Of a DNA stretch of 64,000 bases, positions 30,552-41,157 are shown piece by piece. The notes below the pieces were generated by a model. The model saw only the letters and a list, made by a program, of their open reading frames with translations. It did not search any database and was not told the origin of the DNA. Position 1 is the first letter of the stretch; the number at the start of each line of letters is the position of its first letter. The translations under genes were made by a program, and so were the position numbers. This DNA comes from Bacteroidales bacterium. GTDB taxonomy: Bacteria > Bacteroidota > Bacteroidia > Bacteroidales > UBA932. The stretch lies in assembly GCA_041652255.1 (NCBI GenBank), contig JBAZHT010000001.1, positions 59,881 to 123,880 of the forward strand. The letters run 5' to 3'.

Positions 30552-32438
30552 ATGGATAATCTGCTGGAAAGAATTGACAGCCCCGAAGATCTAAAAAAAC
30601 TGGATATTCATCAATTGCCGCAATTATGTGAAGAACTGAGGCAGTTTATTACAGAAAGCTGTTCCCGCAATCCCGGTCATCTGGGTGCAAGCCTGGGTGC
30701 CGTAGAACTAACCGTAGCACTTCATTATGTTTATGATGCACCCAGAGATAAAATTATATGGGATGTGGGACATCAGGCCTATGCACACAAGATCATTACC
30801 GGACGTCGGAAAACATTTTCTAAAAACCGTTGTTATAAAGGTTTGAGCGGATTCCCAAAAATTGCAGAAAGTCCATACGATGCTTTCGGGACGGGGCATT
30901 CTTCCACATCAATCTCTGCGGCACTGGGTTTTGCCACCGCCGCTGAATTAAAAAAGTCAGGAGAAAAAACAGTTGCCGTTATCGGGGACGGTTCCATGAC
31001 GGCAGGATTGGCGTACGAGGGTCTTAACAATGCAGGGGGCATGTCAGCCGATATGCTTATAGTACTCAATGACAACAATATGGCAATAGAGCCCAATGTG
31101 GGAGGCCTTCACAATTCCCTGCTTAAGCTTACCACGTCCCGGCGTTATAATAAACTGAAGGTTAAAACATGGAAAGCACTCGGATCCGGAGCTTTGCGAG
31201 ATACTGTTCAACGGCTGGTACAGGCAGGGAAACGGCTTGTCGTCAGTAACAGCACCTTATTTCAGCCGCTGGGGATCCGTTATTTCGGTCCTTTGGACGG
31301 ACACGATGTCATACAGCTGGTCAACACTATCAACAGATTGAAAAAACTGAAAGGTCCCAGGCTGCTCCACATTCTTACCGTTAAGGGAAAAGGTTATGCC
31401 CCGGCCGAGATGGATCAGGCAACCTGGCATGCGCCGGGATTATTCGATGCCCAAACAGGGACCCGCCTTTCAGACCAGGATCCCGGGATCCCCAAAAAAA
31501 TCCGCTTTCAGGACGTTTTCGGACATACGATTCTGGAACTGGCAAGGGCTAACCCGGAGATTGTCGGGATCACACCTGCCATGCCGGGCGGATGCTCCTT
31601 GGACATTATGATGAAAGAAATGCCTGAAAGGTGTTTTGATGTCGGTATTGCCGAACAACATGCCGTTACTTTTTCTGCCGGCATGGCTGCGGCCGGTTAC
31701 CTGCCATATTGCAACATATATTCTTCATTCATGCAGAGGGCATACGATTCGGTTATCCACGACGTAGCAGTACAGAAATTAAAAGTGGTATTTTGCCTGG
31801 ACCGGGGTGGCCTGGTAGGTGAAGACGGTGCCACCCACCACGGTGTGTTTGACCTGGCTTATTTCAGTTGTATCCCCGAAATGTTCGTGGCAGCACCCAT
31901 GGATGAAGTGGAATTGCGAAACATGTTATACTCGGCACAGGACAAAAAGTACAAGACCATTAGCATTCGCTACCCCAGAGGAACCGGAACGGGAATGAAA
32001 GACTGGAGAAGGCCTTTTCAATTCCTGGAACCGGGAAAGGCACGTCTTTTGCACAAAGGTAAAGATATTGCACTGCTGAGTCTGGGGGCTGCAGGGATCA
32101 TGGGGGCCCAGGCCGTGACACGTGCAGAGGAAGAAGGAATATCCGTCCAGCATTATGACATGCGTTTTCTCAAGCCTTTAGATCAGGAGGTTCTGGATTA
32201 TGTTGCACGTAATTTTAAACAAGTGATTACACTGGAAGACGGATGTATTACAGGTGGATTGAATAGCACAGTTTCCACATATATAGCAAATCATCCCGGG
32301 GCTATAAGCAAAGTTACCGCACTAGGCGTACCTGACCGTTTTATTGAACAGGGAAAGATCAAACAATTGTACCGCGAATGCGGTTACGACACCGAGGGCA
32401 TAACAAACGCCATCATAAACCTTGCCCGGACATTTTAA
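30552..32438 (+). CDS. dxs: 1-deoxy-D-xylulose-5-phosphate synthase
   Basis: 628 aa with GHLGASLG and the ThDP motif GDGSMTAG...NDN, plus the transketolase-like layout. Confidence 0.95.
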   Translation: MDNLLERIDSPEDLKKLDIHQLPQLCEELRQFITESCSRNPGHLGASLGAVELTVALHYVYDAPRDKIIWDVGHQAYAHKIITGRRKTFSKNRCYKGLSGFPKIAESPYDAFGTGHSSTSISAALGFATAAELKKSGEKTVAVIGDGSMTAGLAYEGLNNAGGMSADMLIVLNDNNMAIEPNVGGLHNSLLKLTTSRRYNKLKVKTWKALGSGALRDTVQRLVQAGKRLVVSNSTLFQPLGIRYFGPLDGHDVIQLVNTINRLKKLKGPRLLHILTVKGKGYAPAEMDQATWHAPGLFDAQTGTRLSDQDPGIPKKIRFQDVFGHTILELARANPEIVGITPAMPGGCSLDIMMKEMPERCFDVGIAEQHAVTFSAGMAAAGYLPYCNIYSSFMQRAYDSVIHDVAVQKLKVVFCLDRGGLVGEDGATHHGVFDLAYFSCIPEMFVAAPMDEVELRNMLYSAQDKKYKTISIRYPRGTGTGMKDWRRPFQFLEPGKARLLHKGKDIALLSLGAAGIMGAQAVTRAEEEGISVQHYDMRFLKPLDQEVLDYVARNFKQVITLEDGCITGGLNSTVSTYIANHPGAISKVTALGVPDRFIEQGKIKQLYRECGYDTEGITNAIINLARTF

Positions 32439-32482
32439 TGCTTAGGAATCATTGCGGTGACGCGAGTATTTTGGTGTTTTTT

Positions 32483-32513
32483 TTTGGTAGTTTGTAGAAA
32501 TCGTTTATCTTTG
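32483..32513 (+). promoter_or_regulatory. promoter for the tRNA-tuf transcription unit (-33 TTTG at 32483-32486, -7 TAtcTTTG at 32506-32513)
   Basis: Both elements are present with a 19-nt spacer. The promoter sits 26 nt upstream of the first tRNA. Confidence 0.55.
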
Positions 32514-32539
32514 CGGCTCCAAAATGACGGGATATTTTT

Positions 32540-32613
32540 GCCGATGTAGCTCAGTTGGTCAGAGCAGCTGATTTGTAATCAGCAGGTCGTGGGTTCGAAT
32601 CCCTCTATCGGCT
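32540..32613 (+). tRNA. tRNA-Thr (anticodon UGU)
   Basis: 74-nt cloverleaf folded by hand. The acceptor is GCCGATG/TATCGGC, the anticodon loop is tTTGTAa, and the T-loop is TTCGAAT. There is one U50.U64 mismatch in the T stem. Confidence 0.92.
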
Positions 32614-32641
32614 CGTAATTTTTTGACAGAATGAATAACCA

Positions 32642-32724
32642 GGGAGGGTACCAAAGTGGCCAACTGGGGCAGACTGTAAATCTGCTGACGCACGTCTTCG
32701 TAGGTTCGAATCCTGCCCCTCCCA
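32642..32724 (+). tRNA. tRNA-Tyr (anticodon GUA)
   Basis: 83 nt with a long variable arm. The acceptor is GGGAGGG/CCCTCCC and the anticodon loop is cTGTAaa. Confidence 0.92.
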
Positions 32725-32734
32725 CAACCAATAC

Positions 32735-32807
32735 GCGGAAGTAGCTCAGTTGGTAGAGCATCAGCCTTCCAAGCTGAGGGTCGCGAGTTCGAACCTCGTC
32801 TTCCGCT
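32735..32807 (+). tRNA. tRNA-Gly (anticodon UCC)
   Basis: 73 nt. The acceptor is GCGGAAG/CTTCCGC and the anticodon loop is cTTCCaa. The 3' CCA is genome-encoded at 32808-32810. Confidence 0.92.
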
Positions 32808-32823
32808 CCAACTTGCACCAAAG

Positions 32824-32895
32824 GCCAGTGTAGCTCAGGGGTAGAGCGCTTCCTTGGTAAGGAAGAGGTCATGAGTTCAAATCTCATCACCGGCT
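32824..32895 (+). tRNA. tRNA-Thr (anticodon GGU)
   Basis: 72 nt. The anticodon loop is tTGGTaa and the T-loop is TTCAAAT. The acceptor GCCAGTG/CACCGGC carries an A4.C69 mismatch. Confidence 0.88.
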
Positions 32896-32932
32896 CAAAA
32901 TTACATTATTGAGTTATATAAATTATTAAGTT

Positions 32933-34120
32933 ATGGCAAAAGAAACCTACAAAAGGGATAAACCCCACGTTAACATCGGAACCATTGGTCACGTTGACCA
33001 TGGAAAAACTACTTTGACAGCCGCAATTACCCAGGTACTTGCAAAAAAAGGCCTGTCCGAGATACGTTCATTTGATTCCATTGATAACGCTCCTGAAGAA
33101 AAAGAACGCGGTATCACCATTAATACTGCCCACGTAGAATATCAAACAGCAGCGCGCCATTATGCTCACGTAGACTGCCCGGGACACGCCGACTATGTTA
33201 AGAATATGGTTACCGGTGCGGCCCAGATGGACGGTGCCATCCTGGTTGTTGCAGCTACTGACGGTCCTATGCCCCAGACCAACGAACACGTGTTGCTGGC
33301 CCGCCAGGTAAACGTTCCCCAGATCGTGGTTTTCCTGAACAAATGCGACATGGTAGACGATCCTGAAATGTTGGACCTGGTAGAACTGGAAGTACGCGAC
33401 CTGCTGTCCAAATACAACTTTGACGGTGACAATGCACCCGTTATCCGCGGTTCTGCTTTGGGAGCCCTGAACGGAGAAACTGAATGGGAAGACAAAGTGA
33501 TGGAGCTTATGGATGCAGTAGATACCTTCATCCCTATACCCGTACGCGACAATGAAAAACCTTTCATTATGCCCGTAGAGGATATTTTCTCAATTACCGG
33601 TCGTGGAACCGTTGCTACCGGCCGTATTGAAACAGGTTTGATCAAAACCGGTGAACAAATTGAGATCGTTGGCCTTGGTGAGAAACCCAAAACCAGTGTT
33701 GTTACAGGTGTTGAAATGTTCCGTAAGATCCTTGACAGAGGGGAAGCCGGCGACAACGTAGGTCTGTTGCTCCGCGGTATTGACAAGAAAGAAGTAAAAC
33801 GCGGTCAGGTTATCTGCCGTCCGGGAACCATTACTCCTCACAAACATTTCTCGGCCCAGATCTATGTATTGAGAAAAGACGAAGGCGGACGCCACACCCC
33901 GTTCCACAACAAATACCGTCCCCAGTTCTTCCTCCGTACACTGGACGTTACCGGAGAGATCAAACTGCCCGACGGCGTAGATATGGTAATGCCTGGTGAC
34001 AACGTTTCCATTGATGTGGAACTGATCTACCCAGTAGCTTTGAATGAAGGTCTCCGTTTTGCTATCCGTGAAGGAGGTCGTACTGTAGGTGCCGGTCAGA
34101 TCACCAAAATGGGTGAATAA
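32933..34120 (+). CDS. tuf: elongation factor Tu
   Basis: 395 aa with [14 protein letters not shown] and NKCD. Conservation is near-universal. Confidence 0.98.
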   Translation: MAKETYKRDKPHVNIGTIGHVDHGKTTLTAAITQVLAKKGLSEIRSFDSIDNAPEEKERGITINTAHVEYQTAARHYAHVDCPGHADYVKNMVTGAAQMDGAILVVAATDGPMPQTNEHVLLARQVNVPQIVVFLNKCDMVDDPEMLDLVELEVRDLLSKYNFDGDNAPVIRGSALGALNGETEWEDKVMELMDAVDTFIPIPVRDNEKPFIMPVEDIFSITGRGTVATGRIETGLIKTGEQIEIVGLGEKPKTSVVTGVEMFRKILDRGEAGDNVGLLLRGIDKKEVKRGQVICRPGTITPHKHFSAQIYVLRKDEGGRHTPFHNKYRPQFFLRTLDVTGEIKLPDGVDMVMPGDNVSIDVELIYPVALNEGLRFAIREGGRTVGAGQITKMGE

Positions 34121-34140
34121 TTGACCGAACACATAAAAAC

Positions 34141-34178
34141 ACACAGGTCTGGCCGTAATATTACGGCCGCACCTGTGT
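34141..34178 (+). other. long interrupted stem-loop between tuf and tRNA-Trp (probable processing or attenuation structure)
   Basis: acacaggt(ct)ggccgtaa(ta)ttacggcc(gc)acctgtgt forms 8+8 bp with a symmetric 2-nt internal loop. No U-tract follows. It ends 5 nt before tRNA-Trp. Confidence 0.5.
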
Positions 34179-34183
34179 ATACT

Positions 34184-34254
34184 AGGGGCATAGTTCAAGG
34201 GTAGAATAGCGGTCTCCAAAACCGTTGATGGGCGTTCGAATCGCTCTGCCCCTG
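34184..34254 (+). tRNA. tRNA-Trp (anticodon CCA)
   Basis: 71 nt. The acceptor is AGGGGCA/TGCCCCT, the anticodon loop is cTCCAaa, and the T-loop is TTCGAAT. Confidence 0.92.
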
Positions 34255-34338
34255 CAGATACGGGATGTTACGATTCCGTATTGTTAACCACAACAACGGG
34301 AGAAGCTTCCATCTCTACGTGTTGCTAACAAACTAACA

Positions 34339-34533
34339 ATGAGCAAAATCGGAATGTATTTCAAAGACTCCTACAGTGAGCTTGTTCACAAAGTGAGCTG
34401 GCCTACATGGAGTCAACTGCAAAACAGCGCTATTATTGTGATGGTGGCCTCAGTCATCATTGCATTAGTTATTTTTGCAATGGATTTTACATTTAGGAAC
34501 CTGATGGAGTTTCTCTACAAGGCATTGTACTAA
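34339..34533 (+). CDS. secE: preprotein translocase subunit SecE
   Basis: 64 aa with a single C-terminal TM segment. It has the conserved position immediately upstream of nusG. Confidence 0.88.
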   Translation: MSKIGMYFKDSYSELVHKVSWPTWSQLQNSAIIVMVASVIIALVIFAMDFTFRNLMEFLYKALY

Positions 34534-34545
34534 TACTAAAGAGAA

Positions 34546-35094
34546 ATGACAGAAGCTACCAAAAAATGGTACGTTGTAAGAGCGGCCGGAGGTAAAGAAA
34601 AAAAAGCCAGGGAATACATTGAGAACGAGGTGAAACGACTTCATCTTGAAGACTATGTATCCCAGGTCCTTATCCCTACCGAAAAAATTTACCAGGTAAA
34701 GAATGGTAAAAAGATAAGTAAGGAACGGATTTTTTATCCCGGATACATTTTGATTGAAGTCGCGCTTACGCCGGAAATTCAGCACCTTATCACCAACATC
34801 CCTCATGTCTCGGGTTTTCTGGGAACTGTCAAGGGGGGGGAACCCGTTCCCGTCCGGATGTCAGAGATCAACAGGATACTGGGCCGTGTGGATGAACAGG
34901 CGGAAAGGGAAGAAGAGAACATCACACCTTATCTGGTAGGAGAAGCCGTCAAGGTTATTGACGGGCCGTTTAACGGATTCAACGGTACTGTTGAGGAAAT
35001 TCTGGAAGATAAGAAAAAGATAAAAGTGATGGTAAAGATCTTCGGCAGAAAGACGTTGCTGGAGCTCGGCTTTGTTCAGGTTGAAAAAGAATAA
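34546..35094 (+). CDS. nusG: transcription termination/antitermination factor NusG
   Basis: 182 aa with an NGN domain (KKWYVVRA) and a KOW motif ([20 protein letters not shown]). Confidence 0.95.
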   Translation: MTEATKKWYVVRAAGGKEKKAREYIENEVKRLHLEDYVSQVLIPTEKIYQVKNGKKISKERIFYPGYILIEVALTPEIQHLITNIPHVSGFLGTVKGGEPVPVRMSEINRILGRVDEQAEREEENITPYLVGEAVKVIDGPFNGFNGTVEEILEDKKKIKVMVKIFGRKTLLELGFVQVEKE

Positions 35095-35108
35095 ATAAAG
35101 AATCTATT

Positions 35109-35555
35109 ATGGCTAAAGAAATTGCCGGATTAATCAAATTACAGATTAAAGGCGGTGCTGCCAATCCTTCGCCCCCGGTAGGACCGGCACTGGGCTCCAA
35201 GGGTGTAAACATAATGGAGTTCTGCAAAAAATTCAACGCGCAGACTCAGGACCGGGCAGGCAAAGTCCTTCCCGTTATCATTACTGTTTACAGCGATAAA
35301 TCGTTTTCATTTATCGTTAAACAGCCCCCTATTGCTGTTCAATTGAAAGAAGCCGCCAAAATTACAAGCGGTTCACCCGAACCAAACCGTAAAAAGGTAG
35401 CTTCTGTCACCTGGGAACAGGTCCGTGTTATTGCCGAAGACAAAATGCAGGATATGAATGCCTTCACTTTGAAATCTGCTATGAGCATGGTAGCCGGTAC
35501 TGCACGCAGTATGGGTATCACCGTAAGCGGGAAGTTCCCGGACGATGTTAATTAA
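35109..35555 (+). CDS. rplK: 50S ribosomal protein L11
   Basis: 148 aa with [20 protein letters not shown]. Confidence 0.97.
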   Translation: MAKEIAGLIKLQIKGGAANPSPPVGPALGSKGVNIMEFCKKFNAQTQDRAGKVLPVIITVYSDKSFSFIVKQPPIAVQLKEAAKITSGSPEPNRKKVASVTWEQVRVIAEDKMQDMNAFTLKSAMSMVAGTARSMGITVSGKFPDDVN

Positions 35556-35569
35556 ACTTCTATGTAGAA

Positions 35570-36271
35570 ATGAGTAAACTGACGAAAAACCAAAAAGTAG
35601 TATACGCCAGGGTTGACTCTGACAAACAATACAAATTGTCCGAAGCATGTGATCTTATCAGTCAGACAAGTTTTACAAAATTTGATGCTTCAGTGGACAT
35701 TGCTATGCGTTTGGGCGTCGATCCCCGAAAAGCAAACCAAATGGTTCGCGGCGTTGTGACTCTTCCGCATGGAACAGGAAAGCAGGTACGTGTCCTGGTT
35801 CTCTGTACTCCCGATAAGGAGGAAGAAGCCAATAGTGCAGGTGCCGATCACGTTGGACTGGATGAATATATTGATAAAATTAAAGGAGGATGGACAGACG
35901 TTGACGTTATTATCTGTACACCTTCAGTCATGGGTAAGATCGGCCCTATAGGCCGTATTCTGGGTCCCCGCGGGCTTATGCCCAATCCCAAAACCGGGAC
36001 TGTGACCATGGAGGTAGGAAAAGCCGTCACCGAAGTCAAAGCCGGAAAGATTGATTTTAAAGTCGATAAGACCGGGATCATCCATGCATCCATTGGAAAA
36101 GTTTCTTTTGATCCGAAAAAACTGCAGGAAAACGCCCAGGAGTTTATTGGAACCGTTCTGAAACTGAAACCGCAAGCCCTTAAGGGGACTTATGTGAAAA
36201 GCATTTACCTGTCCACCACTATGGGCCCCGGAATGGCCATTGAGATCAAATCGGGTACAGCTGCAGAATAA
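35570..36271 (+). CDS. rplA: 50S ribosomal protein L1
   Basis: 233 aa with the typical L1 blocks ([20 protein letters not shown]). Confidence 0.97.
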   Translation: MSKLTKNQKVVYARVDSDKQYKLSEACDLISQTSFTKFDASVDIAMRLGVDPRKANQMVRGVVTLPHGTGKQVRVLVLCTPDKEEEANSAGADHVGLDEYIDKIKGGWTDVDVIICTPSVMGKIGPIGRILGPRGLMPNPKTGTVTMEVGKAVTEVKAGKIDFKVDKTGIIHASIGKVSFDPKKLQENAQEFIGTVLKLKPQALKGTYVKSIYLSTTMGPGMAIEIKSGTAAE

Positions 36272-36285
36272 GAACATTGTGTATT

Positions 36286-36807
36286 ATGAAGAAAGAACAA
36301 AAAGTACAGATCATAGATAATTTGGCAGCTCAATTGAAAGCAACACCTGATTTCTATGTTGTAAACATTGAAGGACTCAACGCCGAGAAAACCTCCCGGC
36401 TGCGTCGCGAATGTTTTGCACAGAACATCAAATTGGTTGTTGTCAAAAACACCCTGCTGAAACGCATACTGGAACAGGCAGGTATCGAGGAAATGCAACT
36501 GCTTTTCCCCATACTGGAAGGCTCCACTGCTGTAATGTTCACTGAAAATGTCAATGCCCCTGCCAAACTTATCAAATCATTCGGCCAGGAAAACGGCAAG
36601 CCCGTTCTCAAGGGAGCTTTGGTTCAGGAATGTGCTTACATAGGGGAAGATCAACTGGAGAACCTTATCAATATCAAATCCCGTGAAGAACTCATTGGTG
36701 ATATTGCCGGTCTTATCCTGTCCCCTGCACAAAGACTTGTATCGGCTGTTAAATCGGCCGGAAGCAATATGGCCGGTATAGTAAAAACGCTGGCTGATCG
36801 TGAATAA
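36286..36807 (+). CDS. rplJ: 50S ribosomal protein L10
   Basis: 173 aa from ATG 36286. It lies between rplA and rplL and has an L10-like N-terminal domain. Confidence 0.93.
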   Translation: MKKEQKVQIIDNLAAQLKATPDFYVVNIEGLNAEKTSRLRRECFAQNIKLVVVKNTLLKRILEQAGIEEMQLLFPILEGSTAVMFTENVNAPAKLIKSFGQENGKPVLKGALVQECAYIGEDQLENLINIKSREELIGDIAGLILSPAQRLVSAVKSAGSNMAGIVKTLADRE

Positions 36808-36846
36808 ATATTTAACAAGTAAAAAACAATTTTAAACATAAAAATC

Positions 36847-37224
36847 ATGGCAGAATTGAAACAATTGGCAGAATCCATTGCTAATCTCACCATTAAAGAA
36901 GCTATCGAATTAGCTAACATACTTAAAGACGAATACGGAATTGAACCCGCAGCAGCAGCAGTTGCCGCCGTGGCCGCTCCCGGTGCCGCAGGACCGGCTG
37001 CCGAAGCTGAACAAACAGAATTTGACGTCATACTTACTTCCGCCGGACAGGCTAAACTGCAAGTTATTAAAGTGGTAAAAGAGATAACCAATCTCGGATT
37101 GAAAGAAGCCAAAGAACTTGTTGACGGAGCCCCCAGGCCCGTGAAAGAAAAAGCAAGCAAAGCCGAAGCTGAACAGATCAAATCACAAATTGAAGAAGCC
37201 GGCGGAGAAGTTGAAATTAAATAA
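36847..37224 (+). CDS. rplL: 50S ribosomal protein L7/L12
   Basis: 125 aa. An Ala/Pro-rich hinge is followed by the conserved C-terminal domain ([22 protein letters not shown]). Confidence 0.97.
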   Translation: MAELKQLAESIANLTIKEAIELANILKDEYGIEPAAAAVAAVAAPGAAGPAAEAEQTEFDVILTSAGQAKLQVIKVVKEITNLGLKEAKELVDGAPRPVKEKASKAEAEQIKSQIEEAGGEVEIK

Positions 37225-37257
37225 ACACACTTCCCGTACAAATCGGGAACGGTACCA

Positions 37258-37291
37258 GGTTTAGGACCCCAAAGGGGTTCTAAGCCTTTTT
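37258..37291 (+). terminator. intrinsic terminator / attenuator between rplL and rpoB
   Basis: A 13-bp stem (ggtttaggacccc with ggggttctaagcc, including 2 G.U pairs) has the loop aaa and is followed by TTTTT. This is the classical rplL-rpoB attenuation site. Confidence 0.75.
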
Positions 37292-37328
37292 GTCGTTAAA
37301 ACGTTTATTTTCAACTAATCCTTAGAAA

Positions 37329-40300
37329 ATGCCTCAAAAAGCAAATAATCAGCGAATTAACTTCGCCACATCAAAAACCCTCCTGGATCATCCCGATTTT
37401 TTGGAGGTACAATTGAAATCTTTCCAGGATTTCTTCCAATTGGATACAACTGCGGAAAACCGCAAAAACGAGGGATTATTCAGGGTATTCCAGGAGAATT
37501 TCCCCATTACCGACACCAGGAACAACTTTGTACTGGAGTTTATTGACTACTTTATAGATCCTCCGCGTTATTCCATAGAAGAATGCCTGGACAGGGGGCT
37601 GACTTACAGCGTGCCCCTGAAAGCCAAACTCAAACTGTTTTGCACAGATCCTGAACACGAAGATTTTGCCACTGTTCTCCAGGACGTTTACCTGGGAACC
37701 ATTCCTTACATGACGCCACGCGGTACGTTTGTGATCAACGGATCGGAGCGCATAGTGGTCTCGCAGCTTCACCGTTCTCCCGGGGTATTCTTTGGACAGA
37801 GCATTCACACTAACGGGACGAAACTCTACTCGGCACGTATCATTCCCTTCAAAGGTTCATGGATCGAATTTGCCACGGACATCAACAACGTGATGTACGC
37901 TTACATTGACAGGAAAAAGAAATTGCCTGTCACGACCTTGCTTCGTGCCATAGGATTCGAAAGTGACAAGGATATCCTGGAGATATTCGGACTGGCTAAC
38001 GAGATCAAGGTCAACAAGACCAACTTAAAGAAGAATCTGGGCAGAAAACTGGCTGCCCGTGTTTTGAAATCATGGATCGAAGATTTTGTGGATGAAGATA
38101 CAGGGGAAGTCGTATCCATTGAACGTAACGAAATTGTACTGGACAGGAAAACTGTCCTGGAAGAGGAACACATAGAGCTGATCCTCGATTCGGGTGCCGA
38201 AACCATACTGTTGCATAAAGAAGATGCCAACATCGGAGATTATGCAATCATTCACAACACCCTCCAAAAGGATCCCTGTAATTCGGCAAAAGAAGCCGTA
38301 GTTTACATATACAGGCAGTTACGCAATTCCGAACCGCCCGATGAAGCTACCGCCATGGATGTGATAGACAAACTGTTTTTCTCTTCCAAGCGTTACGATC
38401 TGGGCGATGTGGGACGTTACCGTCTGAATCATAAGCTCAACCTGAATACAGCTGCCGATATCAAGGTGCTTACCAAAGAGGATATCATAGCCATCATATG
38501 TCATTTGATCCAACTGATCAATTCAAAGGCTACCGTGGACGATATCGATCACCTGAGCAACCGCCGTATCCGTACAGTAGGAGAACAGCTGGCCAACCAG
38601 TTCAGTGTAGGTTTATCACGTATGGCACGCACCATACGAGAAAGGATGAATGTACGTGATAATGAAGTGTTTACGCCTATTGACCTGATCAATGCCAAAA
38701 CGTTGTCGTCTGTAATCAATTCCTTCTTTGGAACTTCCCAATTGTCCCAATTCATGGACCAGACGAATCCCCTTGCCGAGATGACTCACAAACGCCGTCT
38801 TTCCGCACTGGGGCCCGGAGGTCTTTCCAGGGACCGTGCCGGTTTTGAGGTTCGCGACGTGCATTATACGCATTACGGACGGCTTTGTCCTATTGAAACG
38901 CCTGAAGGACCCAATATCGGTCTGATCTCTTCTTTGTGTGTATATGCCCGCATCAATGATCTGGGATTCATTGAAACCCCCTACCGGAAAGTTGACAACG
39001 GATGTGTTGATCTTTCTGCCAAAGGCTTTCTTTATATGAGTGCCGAGGAAGAGGAAGAACGTATGGTGGCACAGGCGAACGTTAACCTGGACGATGACGG
39101 GAACATCCTTGATGAAAGGATCAAATGCCGTTACGAAGCCGATTATCCTGTTGTGACCAAAGAGGAAGTACACCTGATGGACGTGGCTCCCAACCAGATC
39201 GCCTCCATAGCTGCATCCCTGATTCCCTTCCTGGAACACAACGATGCCAACCGTGCCCTGATGGGATCCAACATGATGCGACAGGCAGTGCCACTGATTA
39301 GTCCGGAAGCTCCCATAGTAGGAACAGGACTGGAAGGATCGGTAATTCGGGACAGCCGGACTCAGATTTCGGCCGAAGGAAAAGGAGAAGTAGTATATGC
39401 AGATGCCAATGAAATACATATCAGGTACGAAAGGACAGACGATGAAAAATTCGTGAGCTTCAGTCCGGAAGTGACCATCTACAAACTTCCCATTAACAGG
39501 AAAACCAACCAGAACACATCTATAAATCTGAAGCCTATCGTCAGGAAAGGACAAAGAGTAACTGCAGGACAGATTCTTACCGAAGGTTATGGGACCCAGA
39601 ACGGAGAACTTGCACTGGGACGCAATCTGAAGGTGGCCTTCATGCCCTGGAAAGGATACAACTTTGAAGATGCCATAGTACTGTCTGAAAGAATGCTGCG
39701 GGAAGATGTTTTTACTTCCATTCACGTTGACGAATACATAATGGAAGTCCGCGACACAAAACGCGGGATGGAAGAACTTACAAGCGATATCCCCAACGTA
39801 TCCGAAGAAGCGACCAAAAACCTGGATGAAAACGGGATCATTCGTATTGGCGCCTATGTAGAACCGGGAGATATTCTTATTGGAAAGATCACCCCTAAGG
39901 GAGAAAGCGATCCTTCCCCGGAAGAAAAACTTCTTCGTGCCATTTTCGGAGATAAAGCCGGTGATGTGAAAGATGCCTCTTTGAAAGCTTCTCCTTCCCT
40001 GTACGGTACCGTAATTGAAAAACGTCTGTTCTCGCGGATCATGAAAGAAGGTTCCAAGAAGCTCAAACCCATTGCCAAGATGCAGGTACAACAGGCAGAA
40101 GAAAAGTTCAAAGCCCGCTTTGAGGCGCTGACCATTGCTTTCCTGGATAAGATGGAACACCTTCTCAAAGGGAAAACCTCCCCGGGCATAACCAACCTGT
40201 ACGGGGAAACAGTTATTTCAAAAGACACAAAATTCACCAGGGAAATTCTTGAGAATCAAGAGTTTGAAAATATCAACCCTGTTAAATGGACAAATGACAA

Positions 40301-41147
40301 GCATACCAATACACTTATTCGAAAACTAATCAACAATTACCTGATTAGTTACAAGGAACTGGATGCCGAATTAAAACGCGTGAAGTACAGCCTGACCATT
40401 GGGGATGAACTTCCTTCCGGCATCATGCAGCTTGCAAAAGTCTATATTGCCAAGAAACGTAAGATCAAAGTCGGTGACAAGATGGCCGGCCGTCACGGAA
40501 ATAAAGGCATCGTTGCCAAGGTAGTGCGCGATGAAGATATGCCTTTCCTGGAAGACGGTTCTATCGTGGATATTGTTTTGAATCCCCTGGGAGTACCTTC
40601 CCGTATGAACCTGGGACAGATCTACGAAACCGTATTGGGCTGGGCCGGAAAAGAACTCGGCTTTTCATTCGCCTCTCCGATCTTTGACGGAGCCACTTTG
40701 GAAGAGATTACCTCTTATACGGAAAAGGCAAAATTGCCGAGGTTCGGAAAGACATACCTTCGTGACGGAGGTTCCGGGGAACGTTTTGATCAGCCTGCAA
40801 CTGTCGGGATCATATACATGCTCAAACTTGGGCATATGGTCGACGATAAGATGCATGCCCGTTCCATTGGTCCTTATTCACTGATTACACAGCAACCTCT
40901 TGGAGGAAAAGCACAATTCGGAGGACAACGGTTCGGCGAAATGGAAGTCTGGGCTCTTGAAGCATTTGGAGCTTCCAATATCCTTCAGGAGATCCTGACC
41001 GTAAAATCGGATGATGTGACCGGAAGGTCGCGCGCTTATGAAGCCATTGTAAAAGGAGACAATATGCCCCAGGCAGGCATTCCAGAGTCCCTGAACGTAT
41101 TGCTTCATGAATTACGCGGTTTGGGTCTTAGCGTTAACCTGGAATAA
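37329..41147 (+). CDS. rpoB: DNA-directed RNA polymerase subunit beta
   Basis: 1272 aa with unmistakable beta-subunit blocks ([20 protein letters not shown]). Confidence 0.98.
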   Translation: MPQKANNQRINFATSKTLLDHPDFLEVQLKSFQDFFQLDTTAENRKNEGLFRVFQENFPITDTRNNFVLEFIDYFIDPPRYSIEECLDRGLTYSVPLKAKLKLFCTDPEHEDFATVLQDVYLGTIPYMTPRGTFVINGSERIVVSQLHRSPGVFFGQSIHTNGTKLYSARIIPFKGSWIEFATDINNVMYAYIDRKKKLPVTTLLRAIGFESDKDILEIFGLANEIKVNKTNLKKNLGRKLAARVLKSWIEDFVDEDTGEVVSIERNEIVLDRKTVLEEEHIELILDSGAETILLHKEDANIGDYAIIHNTLQKDPCNSAKEAVVYIYRQLRNSEPPDEATAMDVIDKLFFSSKRYDLGDVGRYRLNHKLNLNTAADIKVLTKEDIIAIICHLIQLINSKATVDDIDHLSNRRIRTVGEQLANQFSVGLSRMARTIRERMNVRDNEVFTPIDLINAKTLSSVINSFFGTSQLSQFMDQTNPLAEMTHKRRLSALGPGGLSRDRAGFEVRDVHYTHYGRLCPIETPEGPNIGLISSLCVYARINDLGFIETPYRKVDNGCVDLSAKGFLYMSAEEEEERMVAQANVNLDDDGNILDERIKCRYEADYPVVTKEEVHLMDVAPNQIASIAASLIPFLEHNDANRALMGSNMMRQAVPLISPEAPIVGTGLEGSVIRDSRTQISAEGKGEVVYADANEIHIRYERTDDEKFVSFSPEVTIYKLPINRKTNQNTSINLKPIVRKGQRVTAGQILTEGYGTQNGELALGRNLKVAFMPWKGYNFEDAIVLSERMLREDVFTSIHVDEYIMEVRDTKRGMEELTSDIPNVSEEATKNLDENGIIRIGAYVEPGDILIGKITPKGESDPSPEEKLLRAIFGDKAGDVKDASLKASPSLYGTVIEKRLFSRIMKEGSKKLKPIAKMQVQQAEEKFKARFEALTIAFLDKMEHLLKGKTSPGITNLYGETVISKDTKFTREILENQEFENINPVKWTNDKHTNTLIRKLINNYLISYKELDAELKRVKYSLTIGDELPSGIMQLAKVYIAKKRKIKVGDKMAGRHGNKGIVAKVVRDEDMPFLEDGSIVDIVLNPLGVPSRMNLGQIYETVLGWAGKELGFSFASPIFDGATLEEITSYTEKAKLPRFGKTYLRDGGSGERFDQPATVGIIYMLKLGHMVDDKMHARSIGPYSLITQQPLGGKAQFGGQRFGEMEVWALEAFGASNILQEILTVKSDDVTGRSRAYEAIVKGDNMPQAGIPESLNVLLHELRGLGLSVNLE

Positions 41148-41157
41148 AATTTTGATT

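Noticed and set aside
32439-32505. A T-run (32476-32485) after dxs, considered as a possible intrinsic terminator.
   Set aside because: I could not find a convincing GC-rich stem immediately upstream. At best there is a 3-bp gcg/cgc pairing. The T-run also overlaps the -33 region of the tRNA promoter.
32579-32890. A 103-aa minus-strand ORF.
   Set aside because: It lies entirely across four well-folded tRNA genes (Thr, Tyr, Gly, Thr) and is spurious.
33590-34219. A 209-aa ORF antisense to tuf that runs into tRNA-Trp.
   Set aside because: It is in phase with tuf codons, since (34217-32933) is divisible by 3, and it overlaps a tRNA gene. It is a shadow ORF.
36651-37241. A 196-aa Ala/Ser-rich ORF antisense to rplL and the end of rplJ.
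   Set aside because: It is a low-complexity mirror of the L7/L12 Ala-rich hinge and has no independent signals.
38616-40160. A 514-aa ORF antisense to rpoB, the longest unexplained ORF in the track.
   Set aside because: It is exactly codon-aligned with rpoB: (38616-37329) and (40158-37329) are both multiples of 3. In that phase an antisense stop can arise only from sense TTA, CTA or TCA codons. The ORF ends precisely at an rpoB TCA codon (38616-38618), next to a TTA codon. The open frame therefore only reflects rpoB avoiding those three codons over 514 codons. The translated product is low-complexity with no recognisable motifs.
41107-41157. Upstream alternative starts offered by the ORF track, for example rpoC at 41107, korA at 45538, purA at 29226, trmH at 24240, lysS at 22783, nadK at 56648 and bamD at 63949.
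   Set aside because: In each case the extension overlaps the upstream gene or a predicted promoter box, and its sequence is non-conserved-looking. The internal ATG gives the canonical N-terminus of the family.
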